From Chloroflexota bacterium (GTDB lineage: Bacteria; Chloroflexota; Anaerolineae; Aggregatilineales; J027), in NCBI GenBank assembly GCA_024434115.1, contig QMIT01000004.1, positions 29,073 to 93,072 of the forward strand: a stretch of DNA of 64,000 bases, read 5' to 3'. The notes under the pieces are model-generated. The model was not told the origin of the DNA, did not search any database, and worked only from the letters and a program-made list of their open reading frames with translations. The position numbers and the translations under genes were made by a program. Of this stretch, positions 8,000-17,028 are shown piece by piece (position 1 is the stretch's first letter; every line of letters begins with the position of its first letter).

Positions 8000-8010
8000 G
8001 CTAATGGGGC
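7939..8010 (-). tRNA. tRNA-Arg (anticodon CCG)
   Basis: The reverse complement GCCCCAT-TA-GCTC-AGTGGATA-GAGC-G-TTGCC-CTCCGGA-GGCAG-AGGC-CCGCG-TTCGAGT-CGCGG-ATGGGGT-A folds as a cloverleaf. The anticodon loop is CU-CCG-GA. CCA is not encoded. The terminal pair is G1-U72. Confidence 0.9.
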
Positions 8011-8143
8011 ATTCCCTATACCCCCTATATATACCATTCTTATAGCTTTGCCGCAAGTGGCGATTCAGAAATGGGTAGAGTCCGTCTGGCAAATTTCCCA
8101 CTCTAACGGCATACTGATATTCATGGGCTTCTGGGAGAAATCT

Positions 8144-8848
8144 ATGACCGAACACGAACGTCAACCCGGATTTATCAAATTGCTGTGGCAGGGTATCAAA
8201 GCATTATTCGACCAACTGCTCATGATTTTGGATTTGCCAACAGCCTCGAATACGACGGATACCCGAATGCGGCGTTTACGCAGGATTTATTACAGCGACC
8301 CCCAAATCAACACGACCTATCGGCAGGTGCGGGATATACTGCGCGGGCATGTGCATAAGAAGAATTATGGGTACTATGACCGGATGCTGTCTACTGAACG
8401 GTTGGTGGTACGGGCAACTCGCAACATTCGTGGTTCGACCAGTTATGATATTTTGAGCCAAACGCAGCAACTCAGTGGCAGAATTGTGGCCCTAGTGGAG
8501 CAACTGGAAGACATTGACGAAATCGCCACCTTGTACAAAAATCCAGATTCCGAAGAAGCCAAAACGATGGCAGAATCGCGGCAGTGGCTGGTCAGCAGAA
8601 TTGAAGAAGCCTTGAACTTGCAAGCCAGCATCCCGGCAAAGGTCGTCAGTTTTAATACCAGCAAAACGCGCCGCAAACTTGACCAATTGGGCGAAAGCAT
8701 TGACCGCCTCATGCTGCAACTGGACGACATTTTAGAAAGTTATGAAGAAATAGACACCTACCATCAAATACCCTCAATTGAAGAATTAGAACTAGAGGGA
8801 ATCACCGACGAAACTGAGGAACAGCATGATCGAAGCAGTCATCTTTGA
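8144..8848 (+). CDS. hypothetical coiled-coil protein
   Basis: An ATG at 8144 is preceded by 'GGGAGA'. The C-terminal half is Glu/Leu-rich. I recognise no motif. Confidence 0.55.
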   Translation: MTEHERQPGFIKLLWQGIKALFDQLLMILDLPTASNTTDTRMRRLRRIYYSDPQINTTYRQVRDILRGHVHKKNYGYYDRMLSTERLVVRATRNIRGSTSYDILSQTQQLSGRIVALVEQLEDIDEIATLYKNPDSEEAKTMAESRQWLVSRIEEALNLQASIPAKVVSFNTSKTRRKLDQLGESIDRLMLQLDDILESYEEIDTYHQIPSIEELELEGITDETEEQHDRSSHL

Positions 8849-9485
8849 TATGGACGGCCTGTTGATTGATTCCGAACCTTTTTGGCAGGAGGCCGAAATC
8901 ACCACCCTTGCCAAAGTAGGCCTCCATCTCACCGAGCAGGATTGCACCAAAACAATGGGCCTGCGTTTGGATGAAGTCGTAGAATTTTGGTATCGCTATC
9001 AGTCTTGGAATCATTATTCCAAAAAAGAGATTGAAGACGCTATCAAAACCCGTTATTTGGAACTCGTTCGAGAGCGTGGGGAGGCCAAAACAGGGGTTAT
9101 GGAAATACTGCGTTTCATGCAGGTTCAGAATATCCCAATGGCAATCGCGTCATCATCCTATATGGAACTGATTGAATGTGTGGTCGAACGGTTAGCCATC
9201 GGGCCATATCTCGCAGTGCTGTGTTCAGCAGAACACGAACCTTATGGCAAGCCCAACCCCTCTGTCTATTTAAGCGCTGCTGATCAATTAGGCGTGTCCC
9301 GCCTAAAATGTCTTGTATTCGAGGATTCGTTTCGTGGGCTGTTGGCCGCCAAAGCCGCTGAGATGAAATGTGTCTGCGTGCCCGACCCTTCACTTGCTGG
9401 CGACCCGCGTCTCAGTATTGCAGATAAGGTAATCCCCACATTGGCCCATTTTGATGTGGCACTGTGGTCTGAATTAAATGCGTGA
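8826..9485 (+). CDS. HAD-superfamily sugar phosphatase (YniC/HxpB-like)
   Basis: The sequence 'AVIFDMDGLLIDSEPFWQEAE' carries the DxD motif. The later motifs 'ASSS', 'KPNPSVYL' and 'FEDSFRG' closely parallel E. coli YniC as I recall it. Confidence 0.8.
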   Translation: MIEAVIFDMDGLLIDSEPFWQEAEITTLAKVGLHLTEQDCTKTMGLRLDEVVEFWYRYQSWNHYSKKEIEDAIKTRYLELVRERGEAKTGVMEILRFMQVQNIPMAIASSSYMELIECVVERLAIGPYLAVLCSAEHEPYGKPNPSVYLSAADQLGVSRLKCLVFEDSFRGLLAAKAAEMKCVCVPDPSLAGDPRLSIADKVIPTLAHFDVALWSELNA

Positions 9486-9504
9486 AAATCAAAAGGAAAC
9501 TACT

Positions 9505-10701
9505 ATGACCGATACACAAGCTGTGGTTGCAGCGATTAAAGCGGAAGTCGAAAAAAACCGTGATGTCATTATCCAATTCATGCGGGAGCTTTGCGCCATC
9601 CCCAGTATGGAAAGCCAAATTAAAGATGTTGGGGAACGCTGTGCCACCGAGATGCGTAAACTTGGCTTCGAGCGCATCTGGTTCGACAAAATGGGCAATA
9701 TCGTTGGGCAGATTGGTGATGGCCCCAAAAAACTGCTCTATGACAGCCACATTGACACCGTAAGCGTCGGCGATCCAGCGGAATGGAAATGGGATCCGTT
9801 TGAGGGCAAAGTTGAAAATGGCATTCTGTATGCACGTGGGGCCTGTGATGAAAAAGGCAGCACCCCCGGCATGATTTATGGCTTGGCGATTGCCCATAAA
9901 TTAGGGTTGCTGAAAGGCTTCACTGCCTATTATTTTGGCAATATGGAAGAATGGAACGACGGCAGCGCCCCGAATGCTTTTGTAGAGACCGAAGGCATCA
10001 AACCGGATTTTGTGGTAGTGGGAGAGCCGACTAAGATGATGGTCTATCGTGGGCATAAAGGGCGTGTCGAAATGAAAGTCACCGCCAAAGGCAAAAGTGC
10101 CCACGCCGCCAGCAATTTCTTGGGAGATAACGCGATTTACAAAATGCTGCCAGTAATTGCTGCCATCCGCGATATGGAACCACAGTTGGGCGATCATGAG
10201 TTTTTGGGACATGGACGCATCACCGTGACCGATATGGAAGTCACGACCCCCAGCATTAACGCCGTGCCCAATGAAGCCATTATTTACATTGACCGCCGTA
10301 TCACATGGGGCGAAACCCCCGAAGCCGTAATTGAACAGGTGCGGCAGGTGGTGGGAGATCGGCCCGACATCAAGGTTGATTTGTTGCTCTATGAAGAACC
10401 CAGCTATACTGGCTTTGTGTTCCCGCTTGAAAAAATCTATCCGGCATGGCTGCTTGAGGAATCCAACCCCTTTGTACAAGCCGGGGTCAAAACCGCAAAG
10501 GCGCTGTGGGGTGGTGAACCCAAGACAGGCAAATGGGACTTCTCAACTAATGGCACGTATTGGTGTGGCAAGGCCGGGATTCCGAGCATTGGTTTTGGCC
10601 CGGGGGATGAAATCCACGCCCACACCGTTCTTGATCAAGTATCACTGGATGACGTAGTACGGGCCACCGAATTTTACGCGCTACTGCCCGGAATGATGTA
10701 A
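9505..10701 (+). CDS. M20-family metallohydrolase, YgeY-like
   Basis: The sequence 'FMRELCAIPSMESQ...LGFERIWFDKMGNIVGQIG...YDSHIDTVSVGD..W..DPFEG...ARGACDEKG' is present. The ATG at 9505 follows 'AAAGGA'; an alternative start lies at 9478. Confidence 0.8.
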   Translation: MTDTQAVVAAIKAEVEKNRDVIIQFMRELCAIPSMESQIKDVGERCATEMRKLGFERIWFDKMGNIVGQIGDGPKKLLYDSHIDTVSVGDPAEWKWDPFEGKVENGILYARGACDEKGSTPGMIYGLAIAHKLGLLKGFTAYYFGNMEEWNDGSAPNAFVETEGIKPDFVVVGEPTKMMVYRGHKGRVEMKVTAKGKSAHAASNFLGDNAIYKMLPVIAAIRDMEPQLGDHEFLGHGRITVTDMEVTTPSINAVPNEAIIYIDRRITWGETPEAVIEQVRQVVGDRPDIKVDLLLYEEPSYTGFVFPLEKIYPAWLLEESNPFVQAGVKTAKALWGGEPKTGKWDFSTNGTYWCGKAGIPSIGFGPGDEIHAHTVLDQVSLDDVVRATEFYALLPGMM

Positions 10702-10745
10702 TCACCAACTACAACCTGCTGTTGGGTGGATGAAAGGAAAGTAAC

Positions 10746-11534
10746 ATGCAGCATAACACGTTTACCCATGCCCTCGTCCGTGTCCCCACTCCGAATATGG
10801 GTGAGGGCATCACCACCCAACAGCTTGGCGCACCCGATTTTGAATTGGCCCTAACCCAACATGCGGCCTATTGTGAAGCGCTACGTTGGTGTGGCCTCAA
10901 AGTCACGCTTCTCTCTGGCGATGAGGCCTATCCTGACGGGTGTTTTGTGGAAGATGCCGCCGTCATCTATGGTGATCTGGTGGTCATTACCCAGCCGGGG
11001 GCGCATTCACGGCGGGGTGAAACGGTTGCCATCCAACAAGCCTTCAGTCACCAGCCTGTTATAGAAATGCAGGGCGATGAATTTTTAGATGGTGGCGATG
11101 TCCTGTTTTGTGCGGATCGTGTACTCATCGGCCTTTCACAACGCACCAATTGGCAGGGCGCCACCTTGCTGAAAAATGTACTGCAAGATTATGATGCCTC
11201 GCTGCGAGTGGATTTTGTCAATGTGGGGGGAGTGCTGCACCTCAAAACCGGGATCACCGAACTCACCCCCGGAGTGATTCTTCAATCTCCCGATTTTGAG
11301 ACCGACTATGTGTTTGATTTTGCCGATGTCTACGTTATCCCAGACGCCGAGAAACATGGCGGACACGTTCTACCGCTCAATGAGGCTGTACTCATCCATG
11401 CGGGCAGTCCTAGAGTACGCGATTTGGCACATCGCTATTACCTGCGGGTGATCGAAATCCCGTTGAGTGAATTTGAAAAGATGGATGGCGGCGTTACCTG
11501 CCTCTCGCTACGTTATGCCTTTTCTGGGGCTTGA
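10746..11534 (+). CDS. dimethylarginine dimethylaminohydrolase / amidinotransferase-fold enzyme
   Basis: The motifs 'ALVRVP', 'PDGCFVEDAAV', 'LDGGDVL' and the C-terminal catalytic-Cys context 'MDGGVTCLSLRY' are present. Confidence 0.75.
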   Translation: MQHNTFTHALVRVPTPNMGEGITTQQLGAPDFELALTQHAAYCEALRWCGLKVTLLSGDEAYPDGCFVEDAAVIYGDLVVITQPGAHSRRGETVAIQQAFSHQPVIEMQGDEFLDGGDVLFCADRVLIGLSQRTNWQGATLLKNVLQDYDASLRVDFVNVGGVLHLKTGITELTPGVILQSPDFETDYVFDFADVYVIPDAEKHGGHVLPLNEAVLIHAGSPRVRDLAHRYYLRVIEIPLSEFEKMDGGVTCLSLRYAFSGA

Positions 11535-12928
11535 TGTGTGAAGTCAAGGCGTTTTTGGATAGGCCGATGTTGACCAAAACCTGTTAACACTCCTTCCAAG
11601 ACCGGACGCATCCGCGCCACCCGCTTGAGGCGAATCATAGCGTCCCACATCGGCTCAAACTTCTTCCACCCACCAGCGTAGGCGATATGGCGCATTTTGC
11701 CTGTTAGCGTATCTTTAGCAGCCGTCCCTTTAAAAATTGCCGACCAACGATAAAACTCCTGATACGCTCGCCAGTAGCCTGCTTCCAATGCCTCTGGGCT
11801 AATTTTGGCGGGCCGATAGACGACATGACGTGTATCATACAAATCCCAATTGCTATGTAGCAGACGATTTTGCGCCGCCATTCGTTCATATAAGGCGGTA
11901 CCGGGATAGGGGGTCAGAATATGGAAGGTCGCCGTTTCGATGCCTTGTGAAATCGCCCACTCTACGGTGCGATCAAACACGCTTTCATCATCGGCATCCA
12001 TGCCAAACACAAAACTACCATTCACCATCACCCCCAGATTGTGCAAACGACGAATGGCAGCGGTGTAGTCTCGATTGAGGTTTTGTTCTTTGTTTTGTTC
12101 CAAGAGGCTGTCGGGGTTAAGCGTTTCAAACCCGACAAACAAACTTCGCAAGCCTGCTTCGACTGCTTTTTCCAACAAACGTGGTTTCAAAATGGACTGC
12201 ACCGTACCCGCCGCCTGCCACAATCGCCCCATGCCGCGCATCCCTTCAAAAAGCTCACCGGCAAAATGAGCATTTCCAAACAGGTGGTCATCTAAAAAGT
12301 AAAGATGGCGTCCGGGGAGTCGTTCTATCTCTGCCAGCGCATCATCTACCGTCTGGGTATAAAAGCCTTTGCCTCCCTGAAAAAAAGCCTCCTTATAACA
12401 GAAATCACAGCTATGTGGACAGCCACGTGAGACAACAATTGAATTGGGAACCAGATACAGATGACGCTTAATCAAATCGCGGCGAATGGGAGGCAGTCCG
12501 ATCAAAGTACGAATTTTGGATTCATAGCGTTTGGCGGGGCGACCCTCTCGAAAATCCTGCAAAAACGCAGGGAAGGTATCCTCGCCGGGGCCAAGAAAAA
12601 TACTGTCGGCGTGTTGGGCGGCTTCATCTGGCAGGGAGGTCACATGCAGCCCGCCCAAGATAACATATGCCCCTTTCGCTCGGTAGTGGTCGGCGATTTG
12701 ATAGGCACGATAGGCGGAGGTAATGTAGACCTGAATAATCACCAATTCTGGCTCATCATTTAGATTGAGCACTTCCACATGCTCATCCTGCAAATCAATC
12801 TCATCATCCACATCCAAATAGCCCGCAAGGGTGGCAAGGCCGAGTGGCGGGAAAAGCGAATATTTAATCGGGCGAAAAAAGGGGCTTTTGGCTTCGGTTA
12901 GGGCAGGCAAAATCATTTTGACTTTCAT
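11513..12928 (-). CDS. B12-binding-domain radical SAM protein (class B, DUF4070-type C-terminus)
   Basis: It has an N-terminal 'LGLATLAGYL...VLGGLHVTSLPDEA' cobalamin-binding-like domain and 'SRGCPHSCDFCYK' (CxxxCxxC). The ATG at 12928 is preceded by 'AAGGAG'. Confidence 0.8.
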   Translation of the reverse strand: MKVKMILPALTEAKSPFFRPIKYSLFPPLGLATLAGYLDVDDEIDLQDEHVEVLNLNDEPELVIIQVYITSAYRAYQIADHYRAKGAYVILGGLHVTSLPDEAAQHADSIFLGPGEDTFPAFLQDFREGRPAKRYESKIRTLIGLPPIRRDLIKRHLYLVPNSIVVSRGCPHSCDFCYKEAFFQGGKGFYTQTVDDALAEIERLPGRHLYFLDDHLFGNAHFAGELFEGMRGMGRLWQAAGTVQSILKPRLLEKAVEAGLRSLFVGFETLNPDSLLEQNKEQNLNRDYTAAIRRLHNLGVMVNGSFVFGMDADDESVFDRTVEWAISQGIETATFHILTPYPGTALYERMAAQNRLLHSNWDLYDTRHVVYRPAKISPEALEAGYWRAYQEFYRWSAIFKGTAAKDTLTGKMRHIAYAGGWKKFEPMWDAMIRLKRVARMRPVLEGVLTGFGQHRPIQKRLDFTHQAPEKA

Positions 12929-13066
12929 CAGAGAGGCTCCTTGATGCACTGGTCATCGTAAAAGCCACTATACTGAAAAGTGAGGGTTGGATTCGACAGC
13001 TTAGGTGTAGAGATCACTGCACTCAAGTGCTTGCCGACCATTAGAAGGGTGTGTTAGCCTACGAAT

Positions 13067-13810
13067 ATGATGAATATGCTGCTGGTTGAGGATAATCTAC
13101 GGCTGCAAGATGGCCTAAAATTGGGTTTTGAAGCCACCGGTGAAATTCAGGTCATCGCGGCCTGCATCACTGGCGAGGCGGCTGTTGATTTCTGTTTTAC
13201 CCATGAACCACCGCAGGTCATTTTGATGGATGTAGCGTTGGCTGGGCCGATGAATGGCATCGAAGCCGCTATCGCCATCCGCCGCGAGTTTCCCCGCCTG
13301 CCGATTGTGTTTTATTCCATCCAAGACGACGACGCTTACTATCGGGCCTTCCTCCATGCCCGTATCCTCAGCCACTATGCCTATGTGCGGAAATCCAATT
13401 ATCTGCTACCGGAAATGCTGCTGCCATTGCTCAAAGATGCCATCGCCGGACGCAGTTATGTTGACCCGGAAATCGAAACTCGCGTGCAGCAAGTCCGTCA
13501 CCGCGATGAACACGCCCCGATGGACTGGTTAGAACCAAATGAGCAGGTGGTTGCCCAAATGATCGCAGCGGGCATGACCAATGAACAAATCGCGGGCCGT
13601 TTGGGGTTTCGGGATAAACGCACCATCAGTCGGATAAACGGGCAAATTTATACGGCATGGGGCTTGGACAGCACCGCCACCGATGAAAAAGTGGCCCGCA
13701 CCCGTGCCGCTTTGATTGTCCAGATGGGCCAATTGATTGAGTGGGATACCGACGGGAATGCGTTCGTCCTCAATGAACGAGGTGAGCAGGTCGCATGGCA
13801 GCCATTTTGA
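13067..13810 (+). CDS. response regulator, NarL/LuxR-type output domain
   Basis: The receiver shows 'LLVEDN...VILMDVALAG'. The C-terminal HTH reads 'NEQVVAQMIAAGMTNEQIAGRLG'. Confidence 0.8.
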   Translation: MMNMLLVEDNLRLQDGLKLGFEATGEIQVIAACITGEAAVDFCFTHEPPQVILMDVALAGPMNGIEAAIAIRREFPRLPIVFYSIQDDDAYYRAFLHARILSHYAYVRKSNYLLPEMLLPLLKDAIAGRSYVDPEIETRVQQVRHRDEHAPMDWLEPNEQVVAQMIAAGMTNEQIAGRLGFRDKRTISRINGQIYTAWGLDSTATDEKVARTRAALIVQMGQLIEWDTDGNAFVLNERGEQVAWQPF

Positions 13811-15876
13811 TTACAGGCATTGCCCTCCTGCTCGCGTTTTCGATTGCCCTCTCTATCTTTAATTTTGCCCTGCTGCTTTGGTTAGGGTTGACCATATTTT
13901 TATCAGCAGAACGCCGCAGTGAAGGTCTCTATCTCATTTTGGCAGGGATGCTGCTGGGAGCGCTGTTTTTCACCTCTCACGCCATCATCCTCACCAGTCA
14001 ATTTACCCCTGACCTTGAACCCTATCTGAATTTTTGGTGGTACGCCGGTTGGCTACCCGTTGTGAGCATTCCGCTGCTGTGGTATCTGGTGATTTTATGG
14101 TATACAGGCTGGCCCAAACGTCATCGCATCCCAACCCTTATTTTGGGGCTGTTCAGTTTGGTCTTGCTCATCCTACTCATCATCGCCCGTCCGTTGCCCT
14201 CCTATACCGAAGTCATCATCCTCAATCTACAACACGCGGATTTATTAGAGGGCATCCCATTGATGTTTGTTTTCTATCCACCCTATATCCTCGCGTGCAT
14301 CATCTTGCCGTTTGATGCCCTGCTCCACCCCATGCCCTCACAGCGCATGTTAGGTGATTTGGCCCGCGAACGTTCCCGCCCCTTTTTATTAGCAGTTTCG
14401 ATTTTGCTGCTGGCGGTGACGGTCTTGGTAGCGGGATTTTTAGTCTTGGTGCTGTACGTCGTAGAGGCCAATATCGCCATCATTGATGATCCGCTAGCCT
14501 CCCCCAGCGTGGTGGTGCTAGATTTTGGACTGACCACTCTTATTTCAATTGCCATTATTTTTCTGGGGCGGGCCGTCGTCTCCTATGAGATATTCACAGG
14601 CAAGACCCTGCCTCGGCGCGGTTTGCTCCGGCACTGGCGCAATGCCATGATTCTGGCGTGGGGGATTGCCACTTTTATCAGTATCGTTCTGGTAATCCAA
14701 CCTCCCCCCATCTACAGCCTCATGATCTTAGCCGCGATCAACATGGCGTTTTATGCCCTAATTAGTTGGCGCTCCTTTGTTCATCGGGATTATCTGATCT
14801 CGCATTTGCGACCTTTTGTGACCAGCCCTCGATTGCTACAAAATCTCACCGAACCCGCCGCCGATGCCCAAGCCAGTATTCGCCCACTTTTCGAAATCGT
14901 ATGCCACGACATGCTGAATACCCGCACTGCCTGCCTTATCCCGCTTGGCCGACTAGCTCCGCTGGTAGGTAAACCACTGCTGTATCCGCCTTCTGCCAAT
15001 ATCACTCTCCCAACCATCATCCCCTCTTCAGCCACCGCTGGCAATGGGTTGCGCCCCATCAACACCATTCAGGGCTTTGATTGGGCCGTGCCACTGTGGG
15101 CCGAACGCGGATTAATCGGGGTGCTGCTGCTGGGGCCAAAAGTAGACGATGGTCTCTATGCCCAAGAGGAAGTTGATTCTGCCAGTGCCAGCGCAGAGCG
15201 TATTATTGATCTACTGGCAAGCGAGGAAATGGGGCGGCGCTTAATCGAATTGCAGCGCCAACGCCAGTCCGAAAATCGCCTAAATGATTTACGAACCCGC
15301 CGTGTGCTGCATGATGAAATTTTGCCAACCATCCACCTTGCCGCGTTGCAAACGAGTGCCGCTGCCCGCACTACCCCCAATTTAAGGCCTCTCCTGCAAA
15401 TCCTAACTGATATACATGGACAAATCGCCGAGTTAATTCACAGTGCCCTCCAACCACCACCCATCGCCCCTACCGCCCATTTTGTGGACGGTTTGCGTTC
15501 CATCATCGAACACGAATTCACCGGCGTGTTTGCCGAAATTCGCTGGCGGGTAGATGGGATACCGCCCAAACTAAAAGAGGATACGCAGGAAATTTTGATT
15601 CATGCGGTGCGTGAGGTCGTGCGTAATGCCGCCATTCACGGGCAAAGGGATGCGAAGGTCTGTTTGGACATTCATATCATCGCGGCTGACCGTCTCTGTA
15701 TCGAAGTGACCGATAATGGCGTCGGGCCACAGCACCTTTCTGGCAATAGTACAGAAGGAAGTGGCAACGGATTAGCCCTCCACAGCACTTTATTGGCGAT
15801 TGTAGGTGGCGAATTGGCATTGGAGCCTGTCGTGAGCGGCGGTACGCGGGTGAGCATCACCGTTCCTATCGGATAA
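13795..15876 (+). CDS. polytopic membrane sensor histidine kinase (HisKA_3 plus HATPase_c)
   Basis: About 10 hydrophobic segments are followed by the H-box 'RRVLHDEILPTIH' and ATPase motifs 'EVVRNAAIHG', 'VTDNGVG' and 'GNGLAL'. It overlaps the regulator gene by 16 nt. Confidence 0.8.
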   Translation: MAAILITGIALLLAFSIALSIFNFALLLWLGLTIFLSAERRSEGLYLILAGMLLGALFFTSHAIILTSQFTPDLEPYLNFWWYAGWLPVVSIPLLWYLVILWYTGWPKRHRIPTLILGLFSLVLLILLIIARPLPSYTEVIILNLQHADLLEGIPLMFVFYPPYILACIILPFDALLHPMPSQRMLGDLARERSRPFLLAVSILLLAVTVLVAGFLVLVLYVVEANIAIIDDPLASPSVVVLDFGLTTLISIAIIFLGRAVVSYEIFTGKTLPRRGLLRHWRNAMILAWGIATFISIVLVIQPPPIYSLMILAAINMAFYALISWRSFVHRDYLISHLRPFVTSPRLLQNLTEPAADAQASIRPLFEIVCHDMLNTRTACLIPLGRLAPLVGKPLLYPPSANITLPTIIPSSATAGNGLRPINTIQGFDWAVPLWAERGLIGVLLLGPKVDDGLYAQEEVDSASASAERIIDLLASEEMGRRLIELQRQRQSENRLNDLRTRRVLHDEILPTIHLAALQTSAAARTTPNLRPLLQILTDIHGQIAELIHSALQPPPIAPTAHFVDGLRSIIEHEFTGVFAEIRWRVDGIPPKLKEDTQEILIHAVREVVRNAAIHGQRDAKVCLDIHIIAADRLCIEVTDNGVGPQHLSGNSTEGSGNGLALHSTLLAIVGGELALEPVVSGGTRVSITVPIG

Positions 15877-15939
15877 CAACGGACTTCAAAACTTCTTGGT
15901 GCTGGATAAGGTTTCCTTGTGTCTGTTACAATTCGGCCC

Positions 15940-17028
15940 ATGAATGAAATCACCACCATTAGCGATATTCAAACTCTTGTAACACAGGGTTTCACCGATT
16001 GGCAGCAGTACGGCAACGTCAGCGCACGGCGACATGGCGACCTCATTATTTTCAACTACAATTCCTTTGCACAATTTGAAGGCCGCTGGAATTTTTTCGA
16101 GCGAGTCAGTCGCGGCCTCATCCTTCATGCCCAAACAGGCGAGGTCGTGGCACGCGGATTTGACAAATTTTTCGGCTGGCTAGAAGGCGGGCGTTACACC
16201 ACTGCGCCGCTGGTGGCCGTCACCGAGAAAGTAGATGGCTCACTGGGTCTGCTCTATCGCACCCCAAACGGTTATCGTATCAGCACACGTGGCAATCTCA
16301 CCAGTACACAAGGGCAATGGGCTACCCAGTTTTTGAACAGCCATTATGATTTGACTGACTTGCCTGATGAACTGACCCTCATTTTTGAGATTATCTATCC
16401 CGAAAACCGCGTCATTGTAAATTATGGTGAACGGCAAGACCTTGTGCTGTTGGCAGCGCGGAATCGTTACACAGGTGACTATCTACCCTTTGCGCCGGAT
16501 GTCATCAACCTCGCCAGTCGTTTTGGGTTTTCGCTGCCTGCTACCTATCCCGAATTCCAATCGGTTGAAGATGTACTGAAGCATCTCGCCACATTGGATG
16601 CCAACCACGAAGGGTATGTCATCGAGTTTGCCGATGGCAACCGCTTTAAGTTCAAAGGGGCACGTTATCTTGAACTGCATAAGTTGGTTTTTGGACTGAG
16701 TTTCAAAAATACCCTTGAAGCCATGCAAAGTGGCACCGTTCACGGGATTCTGGATGCTGTTCCCGATGAATTTTTGAACGAGGTTAAGGCGTGGATTGCG
16801 GAAATTGAAGGTATACTAAGCTCCACCAAAGCCAGAGTGCAAGCTGCATTTGAAGCCGCCCCCAAAACGACTCGGAAAGATTTCGCGCTGTGGGTGCAAG
16901 CCAATCAGCGTGACATCGCGGGTTATCTTTTTGCTATGTTCGATGGCAAACCGATTGAGCCGCTGATTTATCGCTACCACGCATGGGGACATGAAGACAC
17001 CGAGGGGGATAACAACGACATGGCCTAA
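15940..17028 (+). CDS. ATP-dependent RNA ligase, T4 Rnl1 (RnlA)-like
   Basis: It has the motif I lysine 'TEKVDGSL' and 'IFEIIYPENRVIVNY', 'HEGYVIEF' and 'FKFKGARYLELH'. The order and spacing parallel T4 Rnl1 ('TKEDGSL', 'FEFVAPTNRIVL', 'EGYVAV', 'FKIKSDWYVSLH') as I recall it. An alternative GTG start lies at 15919. Confidence 0.75.
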   Translation: MNEITTISDIQTLVTQGFTDWQQYGNVSARRHGDLIIFNYNSFAQFEGRWNFFERVSRGLILHAQTGEVVARGFDKFFGWLEGGRYTTAPLVAVTEKVDGSLGLLYRTPNGYRISTRGNLTSTQGQWATQFLNSHYDLTDLPDELTLIFEIIYPENRVIVNYGERQDLVLLAARNRYTGDYLPFAPDVINLASRFGFSLPATYPEFQSVEDVLKHLATLDANHEGYVIEFADGNRFKFKGARYLELHKLVFGLSFKNTLEAMQSGTVHGILDAVPDEFLNEVKAWIAEIEGILSSTKARVQAAFEAAPKTTRKDFALWVQANQRDIAGYLFAMFDGKPIEPLIYRYHAWGHEDTEGDNNDMA

